The translations under genes and the position numbers were made by a program. The notes beneath the pieces are model-generated. The model was not told the origin of the DNA, did not search any database, and saw only the letters and a program-made list of their open reading frames with translations. 61,527 nt of DNA from a virus. Its lineage: Duplodnaviria; Caudoviricetes. The first letter of the stretch is position 1, and every line of letters begins with the position of its first letter. This document shows positions 1 through 9,934 of the stretch, one piece after another. The stretch is taken from the IMG/VR virus record IMGVR_UViG_3300009506_000028, positions 1 to 61,527 of that record; one strand, 5' to 3'.

Positions 1-144
1 GATCTGCTTTTCCATGTTGTCAGCCATCATCCGCAACTTTCCGGCCTTCTTCTTATCGGCAGCGGAGAGGGTTGGCTCTGCTGGTGCGGCGGGCTTTTCT
101 TTTGCCGGAGCTGGTTTCTCTGCTTTTGCGATAGGTGTCTCTGA
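1..144. repeat. Left copy of 144-bp terminal overlap
   Basis: gatctgcttt...gtctctga is identical to 61384-61527. Confidence 0.97.
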
Positions 145-3100
145 AATGACATTGATCTGTGATTTTGAAAAAACCTTGTATTCAGGCTCCAGTGCCGTCT
201 CGCCATTTCCGGCATGAATAGCCCCATCATATCCAGCCGATCTAAACCACCCTACCCACTTGGCATTGTCGAAGACTCTGAAAGCGTCCACATAGAGATC
301 GTTGAGTGCTGCAGGGTTATTTTTTAGCAACTCTCCTACTGATTGATATTTATCAGCGTAATTTTCCTCCCAGTTATTGGTGTTCTTAATTGCATCAGAA
401 AGAGCAATCGCAATCTCCTCGGCCCTCTTGTTGCCAAGCGCCTCTGAGATTTGTTTGAAGTCGATAAATGGATCATCTGGCGTGTTGATAACAGGGTTTT
501 CAATAACCAAATTAGCCGTTATGATGCGCGGGTTTTCTACTACCTCATTGCGATTGTTTGGTGATTCTGCATAAGTCCTTGCTGCCTCTTCGTTTCCAAA
601 GCTGATCGCACCAAGGCGAGACTGTACCCCGCTTTCTTTGCCATATTGTCCGCGGTAAACAGTAATCGGTTGCCCTTTTTCATCCACTGCTTTATTGGTC
701 TTTTTCTCCTCAGCCTTCTCTGGCTTGAGGTTAATGTACTCCGCATAGTGGCGGGCAACGTTGGCGCGGGCTTCCCCAAGCTCGCTCCAGCTATGGCCGT
801 TGATCGGTCTTATGGAACTCCAGTCCTTGGAGATATCGTGGCGCTGTTCTGGTGTCAGCGCGTCCCAAATTTCCGGCAGTTTGTTGTAGACATCGATGGG
901 TACGATAACGGTGGACGGCATATAGCTCCGTGTCTCTCCGTCCTTGGTCATGAACTCATTACTCCCCCTTTTGAGTTTCATCATCGGCGTATCTTCACTG
1001 ATATCACTGCTATGACTTACCCCCACGACATCCGGCTTAAACGGATAATGAGCAACACGCCACGCCTTGGCGGTCTCGCTGTTCCTGGAATGGAGTCCAT
1101 AATTGCCATTACCAAGATCAAAGATAGCGGGGGTATGCTCGCCTACATACGGAGTGTTTTCTGGATGATCGACATACCAGGCTAGTGCTTTTTTCACCTC
1201 TTCTACCTTGGAAGCATGGTCAGCACCTTTTATCTTGCTGGCAATTTGATCCGCTGTCATGGTCTCCTTTTTGGAGTTTGTAAGTGTATTAATCACCGCC
1301 CCTGCAAATCTTGGTCTTCCATCCTTTCCCTTGTGTGGCGCGGCTTCCGCGGGTTTCTTCTCGGTTTCTTTTTTGGGCTCGGCCTTAACCGCTTCCTGCT
1401 TTGCCTGGAGCTGGGCTTTGCGGATCTCCTTCACTAGGGTCTTATGTTCTTTGCGGTAGTTAGGGCGGCTGAGAACCCAGGACAGATACCCGGGATCGGT
1501 CTTGGCGATATCGTAAACAGAGGTCCCTTTGTGCTTACCGTCTGGCATGATTGTGTGATCTAGCGGTGCCGGAGCGGCGGCAGGTTTCTCGACCGTGGCA
1601 GCCTGGCGCTGTTCCTGGTGCTGTTTGGCAACCCAGTCATAGGCGGGTAGGTTCTGATCCCCATTCTTGAGCCATTGCTTGAACTCGGTGGCGCTCATGT
1701 GGGCAATGGAGCGGATGCCGTCCCAGCCTGGCTCATAGTTGGCCAGGTAACCCTTGCGGGCTGCGTCGACCGAATCAAACCCCAGCATGACCTTATGCTC
1801 ATCAAACTTACCATCATGCTTATTCTGGTCAACCACATAGACATCCTGGCTGTCAGTATTGGGACCAATGAAGGTGTCCACCTGGTCACCGTCAGCGCCC
1901 TCGGTACGCTTGAAGTAGCCGTAATGGTTGGCCATCTTCTGAGACCATGGCTTGCCGGCCTCGTCGGTACCGCTACGCTCTGATCCCTGCGGGTTTTCAA
2001 TGGTGACATCCAGACCGGCGATCTTGAGGTGGCCCTTCTTGTAGTTACCGGCTTCTATCTGCGCCTGGCTCGGCGGCTTGATCTCATTGGTCGGACTGGT
2101 GGCCGCCTCATGCGCGGCCTTATCGACCTCGGAGGAGATCAGGGGTGTAGCGTTGTTGTCCTCGATGACATCACCGTTTTTATCCTGCCAGACACCAGGC
2201 TCCTCCACCCCGTTTTCAATGTACTGACGTACCTGGGTACCATCTGGTAACTCATGGGTAGCCTTGAAGGCGGCAGGCTCCTCCTGGATTGTGGCAGCGG
2301 GTACCGGTGCCGGTTCCTCCTGCTGTGCCGGCTCCAGTTTTGGTTGTGGTTGTGAGGGCGCTACTTCCTCCGGCCGTCCGGATGGTGGTGCTTGAAGTAC
2401 TCCACCTGTCGCAGTCGCTTCCTCGCCTCGGCTTGGCTCAGGTTGTCCTTGGAGAGGTTTTTCCCCTCCTTGCTTTTCACCTGGTACCCGGTCTTGGTTT
2501 TCTCGATCATAAGGTGTCACTCCTCCTTTCTGTTCAGACTGAGGGATAACCGCAAAGCGTCCAGCTACCTCCGGATGAGGGATGATCTCATGTGGGATCT
2601 GTTGGGAGGCCAGGTATTCAGACCGACGTTGTGCTGCCTTTTCGGTCAGGGGCGGAGTGCGGCGCTGTGTCTCGGTCGGGGCGGCGGCCTGCTGTCCCTC
2701 CTCGAGATCCTGGGCCATCCGTTGCATGGTGCCCTCTGGCGCTTTTTGCACCTGCTGGGCCTGCTGCATTGCCAGCTCCATGGCATTGGGTTCCTGGGCC
2801 ATCTGTACCGCCTGGTCGGCGTTGACGTGGCGCACAGCAAGGCGCTCGGCGGTCAGTGGTTCGTCATTGGCCTGCAGTCTGGCGGCCATGGCCTCAATGT
2901 CCTGCTTGTAGGCCTTCTCATCGATCTTGCCATCGTCCTGCATGTAATCGGACTTGTTCATGCCGATTTGTGCCAGGGCGCGGTAGTAATCACCCTCCTT
3001 GTCGATGATGGCGTTTTCGTTCTGTTGGTCATTCTCCAGGAGATCCACAAGCTCGCGTCTGGCTTTCTCCTGGTTTAGTTTGGCGGCCGACTTGGCCAGG

Positions 3101-4299
3101 TCATCATCGGCCGGGCTCTCCTGTGATAGCTGGTCTGCCTGCTCGGTGACACTATCAAGCGCGGAGTCAGGCACCAGGCTAAGCTGGTCCTCATTGGCGG
3201 CACCCTTAACCAGATCACCCTTGCGCTTGGCGTCGATCATCTTGTCGTAGGCATGCGAACCAATGTAACTAGCACCACCCATGACGGTAGTAAGGAGGAA
3301 GGTCTGCGGTGCGATCTCCTTGAATGAATCAATGTAATCAGACAGGGAGGTAAAGCTACGCTCAGGACCGGATTCTATCCCGGCCTCACGCTCAACGTTA
3401 TGCTGCCCTGTCTGTGTAACCGTCTCAGTGGCAAGCTCGGTACCATACAGGCCAGCCATCTTAGTCAGGAACCTGGAGGCGACATTCGCGCCCAACTTCT
3501 CCACCAGTTTGTTGCCTGCCTCCTTGCCCATGAGTTTCCGGACAAAACCACCGGCCAGTTTTCCGACCGGGGTTCTGACGATCTTGAGGTCGACCATGTT
3601 GCCGATCGCCTCGGGGATCGCTTCATAGAGACCGTGTTCAGTGGCCAGCTCGTCCAGGCCGCCCTTCATCGCCTTCTCCCAGTCATCCTTGGTGAAGGCC
3701 TTTCCATTGGCCTCGGCTTCCTCTTTCATGGAGTCATAGACAGTGTTGAGGAACTGAGTACGGTCCATCTTGTAGGCGGCGGCACCAGATGCAGCGCCAC
3801 CAGCCAGGTAGCCGGCTACTGTTGCACCCGGGAAGGTGGTACCCCCACCGGCAGCGGTCAAGCCGGTAGTTGTGGCCAGGCCAGTAGCGATACCAGGAAC
3901 CGCCGCATTTAGGGAATAAGCAAGGTTTTGGGGAAGTTCGCGGATATCATTGCGGGTGATGCCCCACAGGACCTCCTTTTCTCCGCCAGGTCTCTGGAGG
4001 CGTCTTTTCTGCAGGGCGGTAGCGTACTCGGTGAGTTTGTCATGCCAGTCGGTTTCCGCCTTTGGGTCGGAGCCCTCTGTCATGGCAGCAAAGGAGCCAG
4101 CTATCTGTACGGGGAGATCGGCAATAGCTCTGCCGATATCACCGAGAGTGGATCCTTCTTCCTGTGGGGTTTGGCCTTGTCCGATTTGTTGGAGGCCGGA
4201 TATTACCTGATCCCCATTATCGGCGTTGTCAGTATCCGTGTTGTCAGGAGCATCTGAAATACCGGCCGCTTTATTCAGCCGGTCGAATACATTGGCCAT
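1..4299 (-). CDS. N-terminal 1433 aa of a giant polyvalent virion/ejected protein (InPase, DUF3820-like and ART domains); continues across the junction into 61383-54283
   Basis: ATG at 4299 just after the upstream stop (MANVFDRLNKAAG...). The frame stays open to base 1 and joins in frame with the 2378-aa ORF (...KAGKLRMMADNMEKQI|DEK). Motifs: GNYKKGH..IENPQGS..HYGYF..DGDQVD..FDEHKVMLGF; MPDGKHKG..DPGYLSW; VYRG..GYDG..EPEYKVF. Confidence 0.9.
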   Translation of the reverse strand, partial: MANVFDRLNKAAGISDAPDNTDTDNADNGDQVISGLQQIGQGQTPQEEGSTLGDIGRAIADLPVQIAGSFAAMTEGSDPKAETDWHDKLTEYATALQKRRLQRPGGEKEVLWGITRNDIRELPQNLAYSLNAAVPGIATGLATTTGLTAAGGGTTFPGATVAGYLAGGAASGAAAYKMDRTQFLNTVYDSMKEEAEANGKAFTKDDWEKAMKGGLDELATEHGLYEAIPEAIGNMVDLKIVRTPVGKLAGGFVRKLMGKEAGNKLVEKLGANVASRFLTKMAGLYGTELATETVTQTGQHNVEREAGIESGPERSFTSLSDYIDSFKEIAPQTFLLTTVMGGASYIGSHAYDKMIDAKRKGDLVKGAANEDQLSLVPDSALDSVTEQADQLSQESPADDDLAKSAAKLNQEKARRELVDLLENDQQNENAIIDKEGDYYRALAQIGMNKSDYMQDDGKIDEKAYKQDIEAMAARLQANDEPLTAERLAVRHVNADQAVQMAQEPNAMELAMQQAQQVQKAPEGTMQRMAQDLEEGQQAAAPTETQRRTPPLTEKAAQRRSEYLASQQIPHEIIPHPEVAGRFAVIPQSEQKGGVTPYDRENQDRVPGEKQGGEKPLQGQPEPSRGEEATATGGVLQAPPSGRPEEVAPSQPQPKLEPAQQEEPAPVPAATIQEEPAAFKATHELPDGTQVRQYIENGVEEPGVWQDKNGDVIEDNNATPLISSEVDKAAHEAATSPTNEIKPPSQAQIEAGNYKKGHLKIAGLDVTIENPQGSERSGTDEAGKPWSQKMANHYGYFKRTEGADGDQVDTFIGPNTDSQDVYVVDQNKHDGKFDEHKVMLGFDSVDAARKGYLANYEPGWDGIRSIAHMSATEFKQWLKNGDQNLPAYDWVAKQHQEQRQAATVEKPAAAPAPLDHTIMPDGKHKGTSVYDIAKTDPGYLSWVLSRPNYRKEHKTLVKEIRKAQLQAKQEAVKAEPKKETEKKPAEAAPHKGKDGRPRFAGAVINTLTNSKKETMTADQIASKIKGADHASKVEEVKKALAWYVDHPENTPYVGEHTPAIFDLGNGNYGLHSRNSETAKAWRVAHYPFKPDVVGVSHSSDISEDTPMMKLKRGSNEFMTKDGETRSYMPSTVIVPIDVYNKLPEIWDALTPEQRHDISKDWSSIRPINGHSWSELGEARANVARHYAEYINLKPEKAEEKKTNKAVDEKGQPITVYRGQYGKESGVQSRLGAISFGNEEAARTYAESPNNRNEVVENPRIITANLVIENPVINTPDDPFIDFKQISEALGNKRAEEIAIALSDAIKNTNNWEENYADKYQSVGELLKNNPAALNDLYVDAFRVFDNAKWVGWFRSAGYDGAIHAGNGETALEPEYKVFSKSQINVISETPIAKAEKPAPAKEKPAAPAEPTLSAADKKKAGKLRMMADNMEKQI

Positions 4300-4308
4300 G
4301 GTGTCCCC

Positions 4309-5466
4309 CTAGTAGCCGAAGTCTTTTAGCCCCCCTTCATAACCATTCTGCCGGAGCCAAGTATCGGCCTCTTTCCTGGTCTTGGGGCTGCTGTCTGAAC
4401 CTAAAAGGTTTTTAAGCTCGGCAGCGATACGCGCCCGTGTCCCGGATGCGCCCCCGCTTGGGGCTGGGGATGGGGTGCCCGCTGCTCCCGCTTCATTGTA
4501 AGGATACCACTGACCTCCCTGGAATGCTGCGGGGATTTTCTGCTCACCGACCTGGAACCCTTCCTTGTCATAGATGGGATTGGAGATCGTGCCGATCTTC
4601 GCCTCGCCAACCTTTGGAGTGGTGGCGGCCATGTCAGCAATATAACGGCGGGTATCAGAGTCCATGCGGGCCCGGGCATTGCCGGAAGCGGCAGCGACAC
4701 GGGTACCCTCAAGCTGACGCTGTGATGCTCTGTCGGCCACGACGTTGCGGCCCATGCCGACGTTGTTCTGACTGATTGCCTGATAGAGAGACTGGACCAG
4801 TCCAGGAGTCGTTCGCGGCATGTTGCCAAGCGCCTGGGCAATAACATCAGGAGACAGCCCGGTAGTCGTGGTGCGGCGCTTGCCTCCCTCGGTGACCGTG
4901 GTCTGTGACGGACTCAGCCCCTCGAGCATCTGCCGGAGATTTGACAGGTTGAAGTCATCACGCTGCTGCGCCTCAAACATCAGCTTTGAGATCAACGCCT
5001 CGGGTTTGAGCTGGTAAGGCGTCCCGGCAACCCGCCCGGTTCTGGTATCAATCCAGTTTCCCTCCTGGGTTTGCTGGATCGGGCTCTTGACTCCACCAGG
5101 GACAGCGGGGCCGCCCTCACGCTCAAGACCGCGGTAGACCTCCGTCAGGCGCGGAGCATCGGCAGCGGTAGGGCCTCCCGTGGCGCTGGCAGTGCGTCGG
5201 GTGGGTTGTCGTGCTGGAGTAGCTGGACTGGCCACAGAGGCCGGAGCGGCTGGAGCGGTGGGCGTCGCCGGTGCCGTGGTCGTCTGTGGTGGATGGTACT
5301 CAGGCGTCGGAGGCGGTCCATTGATCGCCTCGTTGATTGCCTTGCCAATCACATCGATCGCGCTCACCTTGCTCGGTGGCGGCGGCTTGATAGTCAGCCC
5401 GCCCGGGTAGTTTACGTTGTCCTCCTCCCGCGGCAGGGCGTCAGCAATGTCTCTAATCAGTCCCAT
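4309..5466 (-). CDS. Putative internal virion/ejection protein, Pro/Thr-rich
   Basis: 385-aa ORF between tail genes and the giant protein; call rests on position and composition only. Confidence 0.55.
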   Translation of the reverse strand: MGLIRDIADALPREEDNVNYPGGLTIKPPPPSKVSAIDVIGKAINEAINGPPPTPEYHPPQTTTAPATPTAPAAPASVASPATPARQPTRRTASATGGPTAADAPRLTEVYRGLEREGGPAVPGGVKSPIQQTQEGNWIDTRTGRVAGTPYQLKPEALISKLMFEAQQRDDFNLSNLRQMLEGLSPSQTTVTEGGKRRTTTTGLSPDVIAQALGNMPRTTPGLVQSLYQAISQNNVGMGRNVVADRASQRQLEGTRVAAASGNARARMDSDTRRYIADMAATTPKVGEAKIGTISNPIYDKEGFQVGEQKIPAAFQGGQWYPYNEAGAAGTPSPAPSGGASGTRARIAAELKNLLGSDSSPKTRKEADTWLRQNGYEGGLKDFGY

Positions 5467-5477
5467 GGCGAACCTCC

Positions 5478-7433
5478 TTATAATTGATAAACATAGCTCA
5501 CACTCACCGAGTCGGAGCGGGACTGTGCCTGTGACAGTGACTCACTGGAGCTGTAGCTATTGCTGTTTGACTGGCTATATGACTCACTGGTGCTGTGGCT
5601 CAGTGACTCGCTATAGTTGCGGTTGACCTGTGACAGCCTGGCCGCTTGAATCTGTGCCTCAAGGGTGCCAGATGCCCGGATATTCTCCGCCACAATAGTG
5701 GCCACAGCGATCAGTTTATCGATATTTGCCCGCGCTTGACCAAGGGATAGCTGACCCTCATTGATCGCCAGGTTTGACAGGGCGCTGTACTCAGCCACAT
5801 CCGCACGGGATCGCGCCTCGAGTCCGCCAATCTTCGCGCCGTAGGTCTGTACCCTGGAATTGAGGAGCCCTATCAAGGCCTCCAGTCGTGAGGCTTCACC
5901 GGCCACCTGGTTGCGATACGCTTCCACCTGGGAAGAAAACTCCTCGATAGGTAGGCGTCGATTTACCGTGATCTCGCTATCCAGGACCGCCTTCTTGGCG
6001 TCGACCATGCTGGAGTAACCGGCAACCCGAGAGGCATAGGCGTCTGACTTGGCCCGGAATATGTCGATCTTCCTGGCCTCAGCATCCACCTGGAGCCCAT
6101 AGGCACGGTACTCCTCGGACTTGGCCCTGGTCTGCGCCTCATAGGCGGACACCAGGGAAGCATGAGCGGCTACGATCGCCTGATTGGTATCTGCGGTGAC
6201 CTTCGCGGCGTTGACCTGCTCGCGGTAAACCGCCACGGTTTGCTCGACGGCAGCGATTCGCGCCTTGTAAATTTCCACCTGTTGAGTGTTCAGCTCACCC
6301 AGGAGACGCAACCCCTCAAGACGGGCACGATACTCCTCCAGCTTGGACAGGGCGGCGCGTAGCTCCGTCTCAAAGACGGCGGCGGCAGCCTGATAGGCTC
6401 CTACACTGGCGTTGTATAGGCCGACCTTGGCGTTAAAGATATCGATCGCCAGGGTGGCCGTCAGGCGACGGGCTTCAAAGGCGCGTCCCATGCGGCGGTC
6501 ATAGTCCGCCAGGAGCGCCCCCTCCATGTTGAGCGCTGACTCGATAGAGTGGCGACGGTTGTCCTGTTCAAGCTCAGCCTGCTTGATCATGATATCGCGG
6601 GAGACAGTGGAGGAGTTTTCCTGGGCCTTTCGGATAGCCTCAGACTCAGCCACCAGGATGGCCCCAGGAGGCAGGCGAAAGCCACGGGATCCGATGCCCT
6701 GGTGGATGCCGGTTATCTCGCGCTGTGACAGTGCATCCTCACGCGCCCGCCCGCGATCCCATATCGCCTGCTCCACATCAGGATCAAGTCCGGTACTGGT
6801 GCCATTGACCCAGGCCTGTAGCTTCTCCTGGAGGGTGGAAAGGACAGAGGATACATACCCTGACTCACCCCACTCCATCGTCGGATCTGGCGCTGAGGGG
6901 GCGGTTGGAGCGGTAGCTGAGAAGGTCGGCAGGCCGATATCACCAAGGACCGGGATCTCCAGGGACAGCAAGGTAGGCACATCCGGAATGACGACATCCG
7001 GCACATCCGGTACCGACACATAGGTCAGCTCTGGCGCGGCCGGCAAAGTGGCGTCAAGCGGTGATGGCAGCGCAATGTCCAGGTTAATCACCGGGTCAGT
7101 CTCGGTGAACTCGGGGACATCCGGCACAGTGAACAGGGACACCTCACCTCCGTAGACAATGCTGTCAGGCGGCTGTGGGAAAGAGGCGACAAGATCGGAA
7201 GGTTCCACCGGATCATCAGGCAGGTCGATATCACGGATCACTTTGTCGATCGGGCCCAGGGTGACACTGATATCAGGGATCTGCGCAAGCTGATCCGCCA
7301 GGTCAGTGGCGGCGCTGACAAAGTTTGTGGTTCCCCCTACATATTCACCGCATGAATCAAAGCCAGTCACTACTGGTTCGATAGGGACCAGGGTGATAGG
7401 GGTGGGGTCTGGATCTTCCCATATTAGTGACAT
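5478..7433 (-). CDS. Putative virion/ejection protein: Pro-rich N-terminus, long coiled coil, Ser-alternating C-terminus
   Basis: 651 aa with a long Ala/Glu-rich helical region, ending SESLSHSTSESYSQSNSNSYSS...SVSVSYVYQL. Confidence 0.6.
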   Translation of the reverse strand: MSLIWEDPDPTPITLVPIEPVVTGFDSCGEYVGGTTNFVSAATDLADQLAQIPDISVTLGPIDKVIRDIDLPDDPVEPSDLVASFPQPPDSIVYGGEVSLFTVPDVPEFTETDPVINLDIALPSPLDATLPAAPELTYVSVPDVPDVVIPDVPTLLSLEIPVLGDIGLPTFSATAPTAPSAPDPTMEWGESGYVSSVLSTLQEKLQAWVNGTSTGLDPDVEQAIWDRGRAREDALSQREITGIHQGIGSRGFRLPPGAILVAESEAIRKAQENSSTVSRDIMIKQAELEQDNRRHSIESALNMEGALLADYDRRMGRAFEARRLTATLAIDIFNAKVGLYNASVGAYQAAAAVFETELRAALSKLEEYRARLEGLRLLGELNTQQVEIYKARIAAVEQTVAVYREQVNAAKVTADTNQAIVAAHASLVSAYEAQTRAKSEEYRAYGLQVDAEARKIDIFRAKSDAYASRVAGYSSMVDAKKAVLDSEITVNRRLPIEEFSSQVEAYRNQVAGEASRLEALIGLLNSRVQTYGAKIGGLEARSRADVAEYSALSNLAINEGQLSLGQARANIDKLIAVATIVAENIRASGTLEAQIQAARLSQVNRNYSESLSHSTSESYSQSNSNSYSSSESLSQAQSRSDSVSVSYVYQL

Positions 7434-7445
7434 GATGCGCCTCCT

Positions 7446-8594
7446 TTATACCGCTACCCAATTGGTGGGAACTGTTAGCTTTCCATCGGCACCAAAGCGT
7501 AGGATCGCGTGTGTGTTGGATAACAAGTCCTTCATGCCGACCGTCTCCGAGTACTCTGATTTAGCTATCGCTTGATAAGCATAGCTACCGTTTGGCATTT
7601 CCAGGTCTACCACCGCAAGCGGAGCTGGGCCTGGTGGGTAATAAAAATCCCCGTTATTGTCTCCACGCTCAAAACCAAGTGACTTATGAAAATATCCCAT
7701 AAGGGTGTCGCAGTCGCTAACCTCCCCCGTCTCGGTGTTGGTGACCTTGTTCTCTGCAATCACAAGCTGAAAAGAGACCGGATTTGTCAGATCGCTATAG
7801 GCCCACTCCACAAACAGATCCGGGTCCCATCGATAGACAAAAAGCCCTAGTTTGTCCCATGTCATCACAGCGATCTTGCGTTGGAACTTCCCATTTATCG
7901 TGGCGGTACCAGTGAAGTAGTAGAGCCTGGCTGTCGTTCCTGGTACTGGGGCTGAGTTATGGCTTCCATCTGTATTGTAGTAACCCTCCAGGCATACCGC
8001 ATACGGCGGGTTGTAGACATTAGCTTTCATCCGGTAGGTTGACGGCAAAGTGGCGGGGGCAAAGATTGCCTCTCCCTGACCTGCCGATAGCTGCGCAAAA
8101 TCCACCACAATATCGTGAAACGGGTTATAGATGGAGATAGTAAAACCAAAATACAGCGGGGTCGCTGTCGACCAGGATATCCCGCCATAGAAGTAGTAGC
8201 CACCAAGACCAAGATCACCGGTTTCATCCACCATGTCAGTCAGTGCAATGGACACGTCATCTGTGAAGTAGTTGCCGGTAAAGTCTGGCAGATCGCAAGG
8301 ATTGCCAAGCGTCAACTCGATCGCCTCCCTGGCCGCCTCAATAAGCGGCGCAATGGGGAGTAGTGCTGGCGGAACCACTTGCGGTACAGCATGGATCTCG
8401 ATGGTATTGTGACCAAAGGATCGGGATACCCTGACGGTGACACCAGGGACTACCTGCCGCTCACGCTCTGCGCTATTGAGGTTGCCCATATAGGATTGCA
8501 GGCGGCCAAGCTCTACCCTGGCCATGCCGATATATTGCTGTGCAATAGTCTGGTCGCCTGTCAGGATGATCCTGGCTTCTAGGTAGTCCCTCAT
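7446..8594 (-). CDS. Putative tail/structural protein
   Basis: 382-aa ORF in the tail module, overlapping the upstream stop by 4 nt. Confidence 0.55.
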   Translation of the reverse strand: MRDYLEARIILTGDQTIAQQYIGMARVELGRLQSYMGNLNSAERERQVVPGVTVRVSRSFGHNTIEIHAVPQVVPPALLPIAPLIEAAREAIELTLGNPCDLPDFTGNYFTDDVSIALTDMVDETGDLGLGGYYFYGGISWSTATPLYFGFTISIYNPFHDIVVDFAQLSAGQGEAIFAPATLPSTYRMKANVYNPPYAVCLEGYYNTDGSHNSAPVPGTTARLYYFTGTATINGKFQRKIAVMTWDKLGLFVYRWDPDLFVEWAYSDLTNPVSFQLVIAENKVTNTETGEVSDCDTLMGYFHKSLGFERGDNNGDFYYPPGPAPLAVVDLEMPNGSYAYQAIAKSEYSETVGMKDLLSNTHAILRFGADGKLTVPTNWVAV

Positions 8595-9883
8595 GCCCGT
8601 CGCCTTATGGGTTTGGTGTTGAGGGTAAAGGTCTCGATCTCGAAGTTCGCCCCGGCATCATTGCGGATCTCATACTGCCAGTACCGTCCCTGGAGTCCGC
8701 GCCCGAGTTTCTGTTTGTAGGAGTGGATGGCTGTCTCTCCGGTAGAGACAAGCCGATACTCTCCTGGTGGTTTGCCGTCCGTTGTCACGGTAAGGATGAG
8801 GTCGCCGGTCGCGGTGTAGCCAATATAAGCACAGACCGCCTCCTTGATGTTCTCGCCAAACTGCCCCTCACCGGTTACCAGGTCATCCCTGCCTGATTTG
8901 ATGACAGAGGCGATCGCGGCAGTATTGTCCAGGTCGCCACCGATAGCAAAGATCCCGGAGTCATTCACTCCAAGGATCACCCCACCAAACTCGGCAAATG
9001 ACTCAAAACCGTAATTACTGTAACTGCTCAGCCCAAAGACCTCGGTATTCAGGGCAAAGCCGGAGGTCTTCGCTACGGTGCTGCGTGGCTGTGTCGCCTC
9101 GAGCTGCAGCATAGGCAAAGTAACCGCGGCCTCACCAATAACATCAATGTGCCCGGCAGCATCTAGGGACAACACAGGAAGGATGACGGCAGCCTGGCCA
9201 ATAATCCCGGTGGAGCCCTCGGCGGACAGCGCAAGCGCGGCAAGCCTTGCCGTCATGGTGCCATGGATACCGCTCTCTCCAGCGGCCTCCAGGGTCAAAA
9301 CCGGCAAGGCTTTGGCAAGGGTGCCTATCTGCTCACTAAAGCCTGAGGATGATAGCGTGAGCGCGGGCAGCACTCGATTAAAGGTGGCGTACTCTCCAGC
9401 CTCTCCGATGGCGCTTAATGTCAGCGCGGGGAGATCCGCGATCATATTGTTGCCGTTATTGGCGACAAGTGTCAGCGCGGGAAGGGCTTTCTCGAGTGCG
9501 CCAAGGCTGCCATTCAGGCCGCTGGCGGAAAGGGTCAGCGCCGGCAGGAATGGATCAGCCTCGCCATTGATCCCCACCTCACCGGAGGCGGTCAGCGTCA
9601 GCGCCGGGAGCGTCAGGACACTGCTGTCACCATAGGCGGATATGGTCAGTGATGGGAGATAGGCGTAGCCATCCAGGCCAAGATTGCCGTCAAAGAAGAC
9701 GATACCCGAGGCGCTCTGTGTCGCGTTCGCGGATTGGGTCGTCGGTGCACCACGGACAGCTACCGCGCTGACAGTCTGTGTTGCGGTTGCTGACTGAGTA
9801 GTCGGCGCTCCACGCACAGCGGTAGCGCTGGCATTTTGCGTAGCCGTAGCATTGAGGACGATAGTCGCTAGTACGTCAGCCAT
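8591..9883 (-). CDS. Repeat-containing tail protein
   Basis: 430 aa; N-terminal APTTQSA.ATQ..SA repeats followed by about 9 LPALTL.A.G repeats. Confidence 0.65.
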   Translation of the reverse strand: MADVLATIVLNATATQNASATAVRGAPTTQSATATQTVSAVAVRGAPTTQSANATQSASGIVFFDGNLGLDGYAYLPSLTISAYGDSSVLTLPALTLTASGEVGINGEADPFLPALTLSASGLNGSLGALEKALPALTLVANNGNNMIADLPALTLSAIGEAGEYATFNRVLPALTLSSSGFSEQIGTLAKALPVLTLEAAGESGIHGTMTARLAALALSAEGSTGIIGQAAVILPVLSLDAAGHIDVIGEAAVTLPMLQLEATQPRSTVAKTSGFALNTEVFGLSSYSNYGFESFAEFGGVILGVNDSGIFAIGGDLDNTAAIASVIKSGRDDLVTGEGQFGENIKEAVCAYIGYTATGDLILTVTTDGKPPGEYRLVSTGETAIHSYKQKLGRGLQGRYWQYEIRNDAGANFEIETFTLNTKPIRRRA

Positions 9884-9902
9884 GTCATACCCCCGTTATA
9901 GT

Positions 9903-9923
9903 AAAAGGGGCCCGATGGGCCCC
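9903..9923 (-). terminator. Rho-independent terminator
   Basis: ggggccc/gggcccc hairpin with an adjacent A-run (U-run on the minus strand). Confidence 0.55.
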
Positions 9924-9934
9924 GGTAGGGGTTT

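Noticed and set aside
14-4257. Many plus-strand ORFs (e.g. 646-1185, 2392-3078, 3400-3912)
   Set aside because: They are antisense shadows of the long minus-strand frame, which carries recognisable domains.
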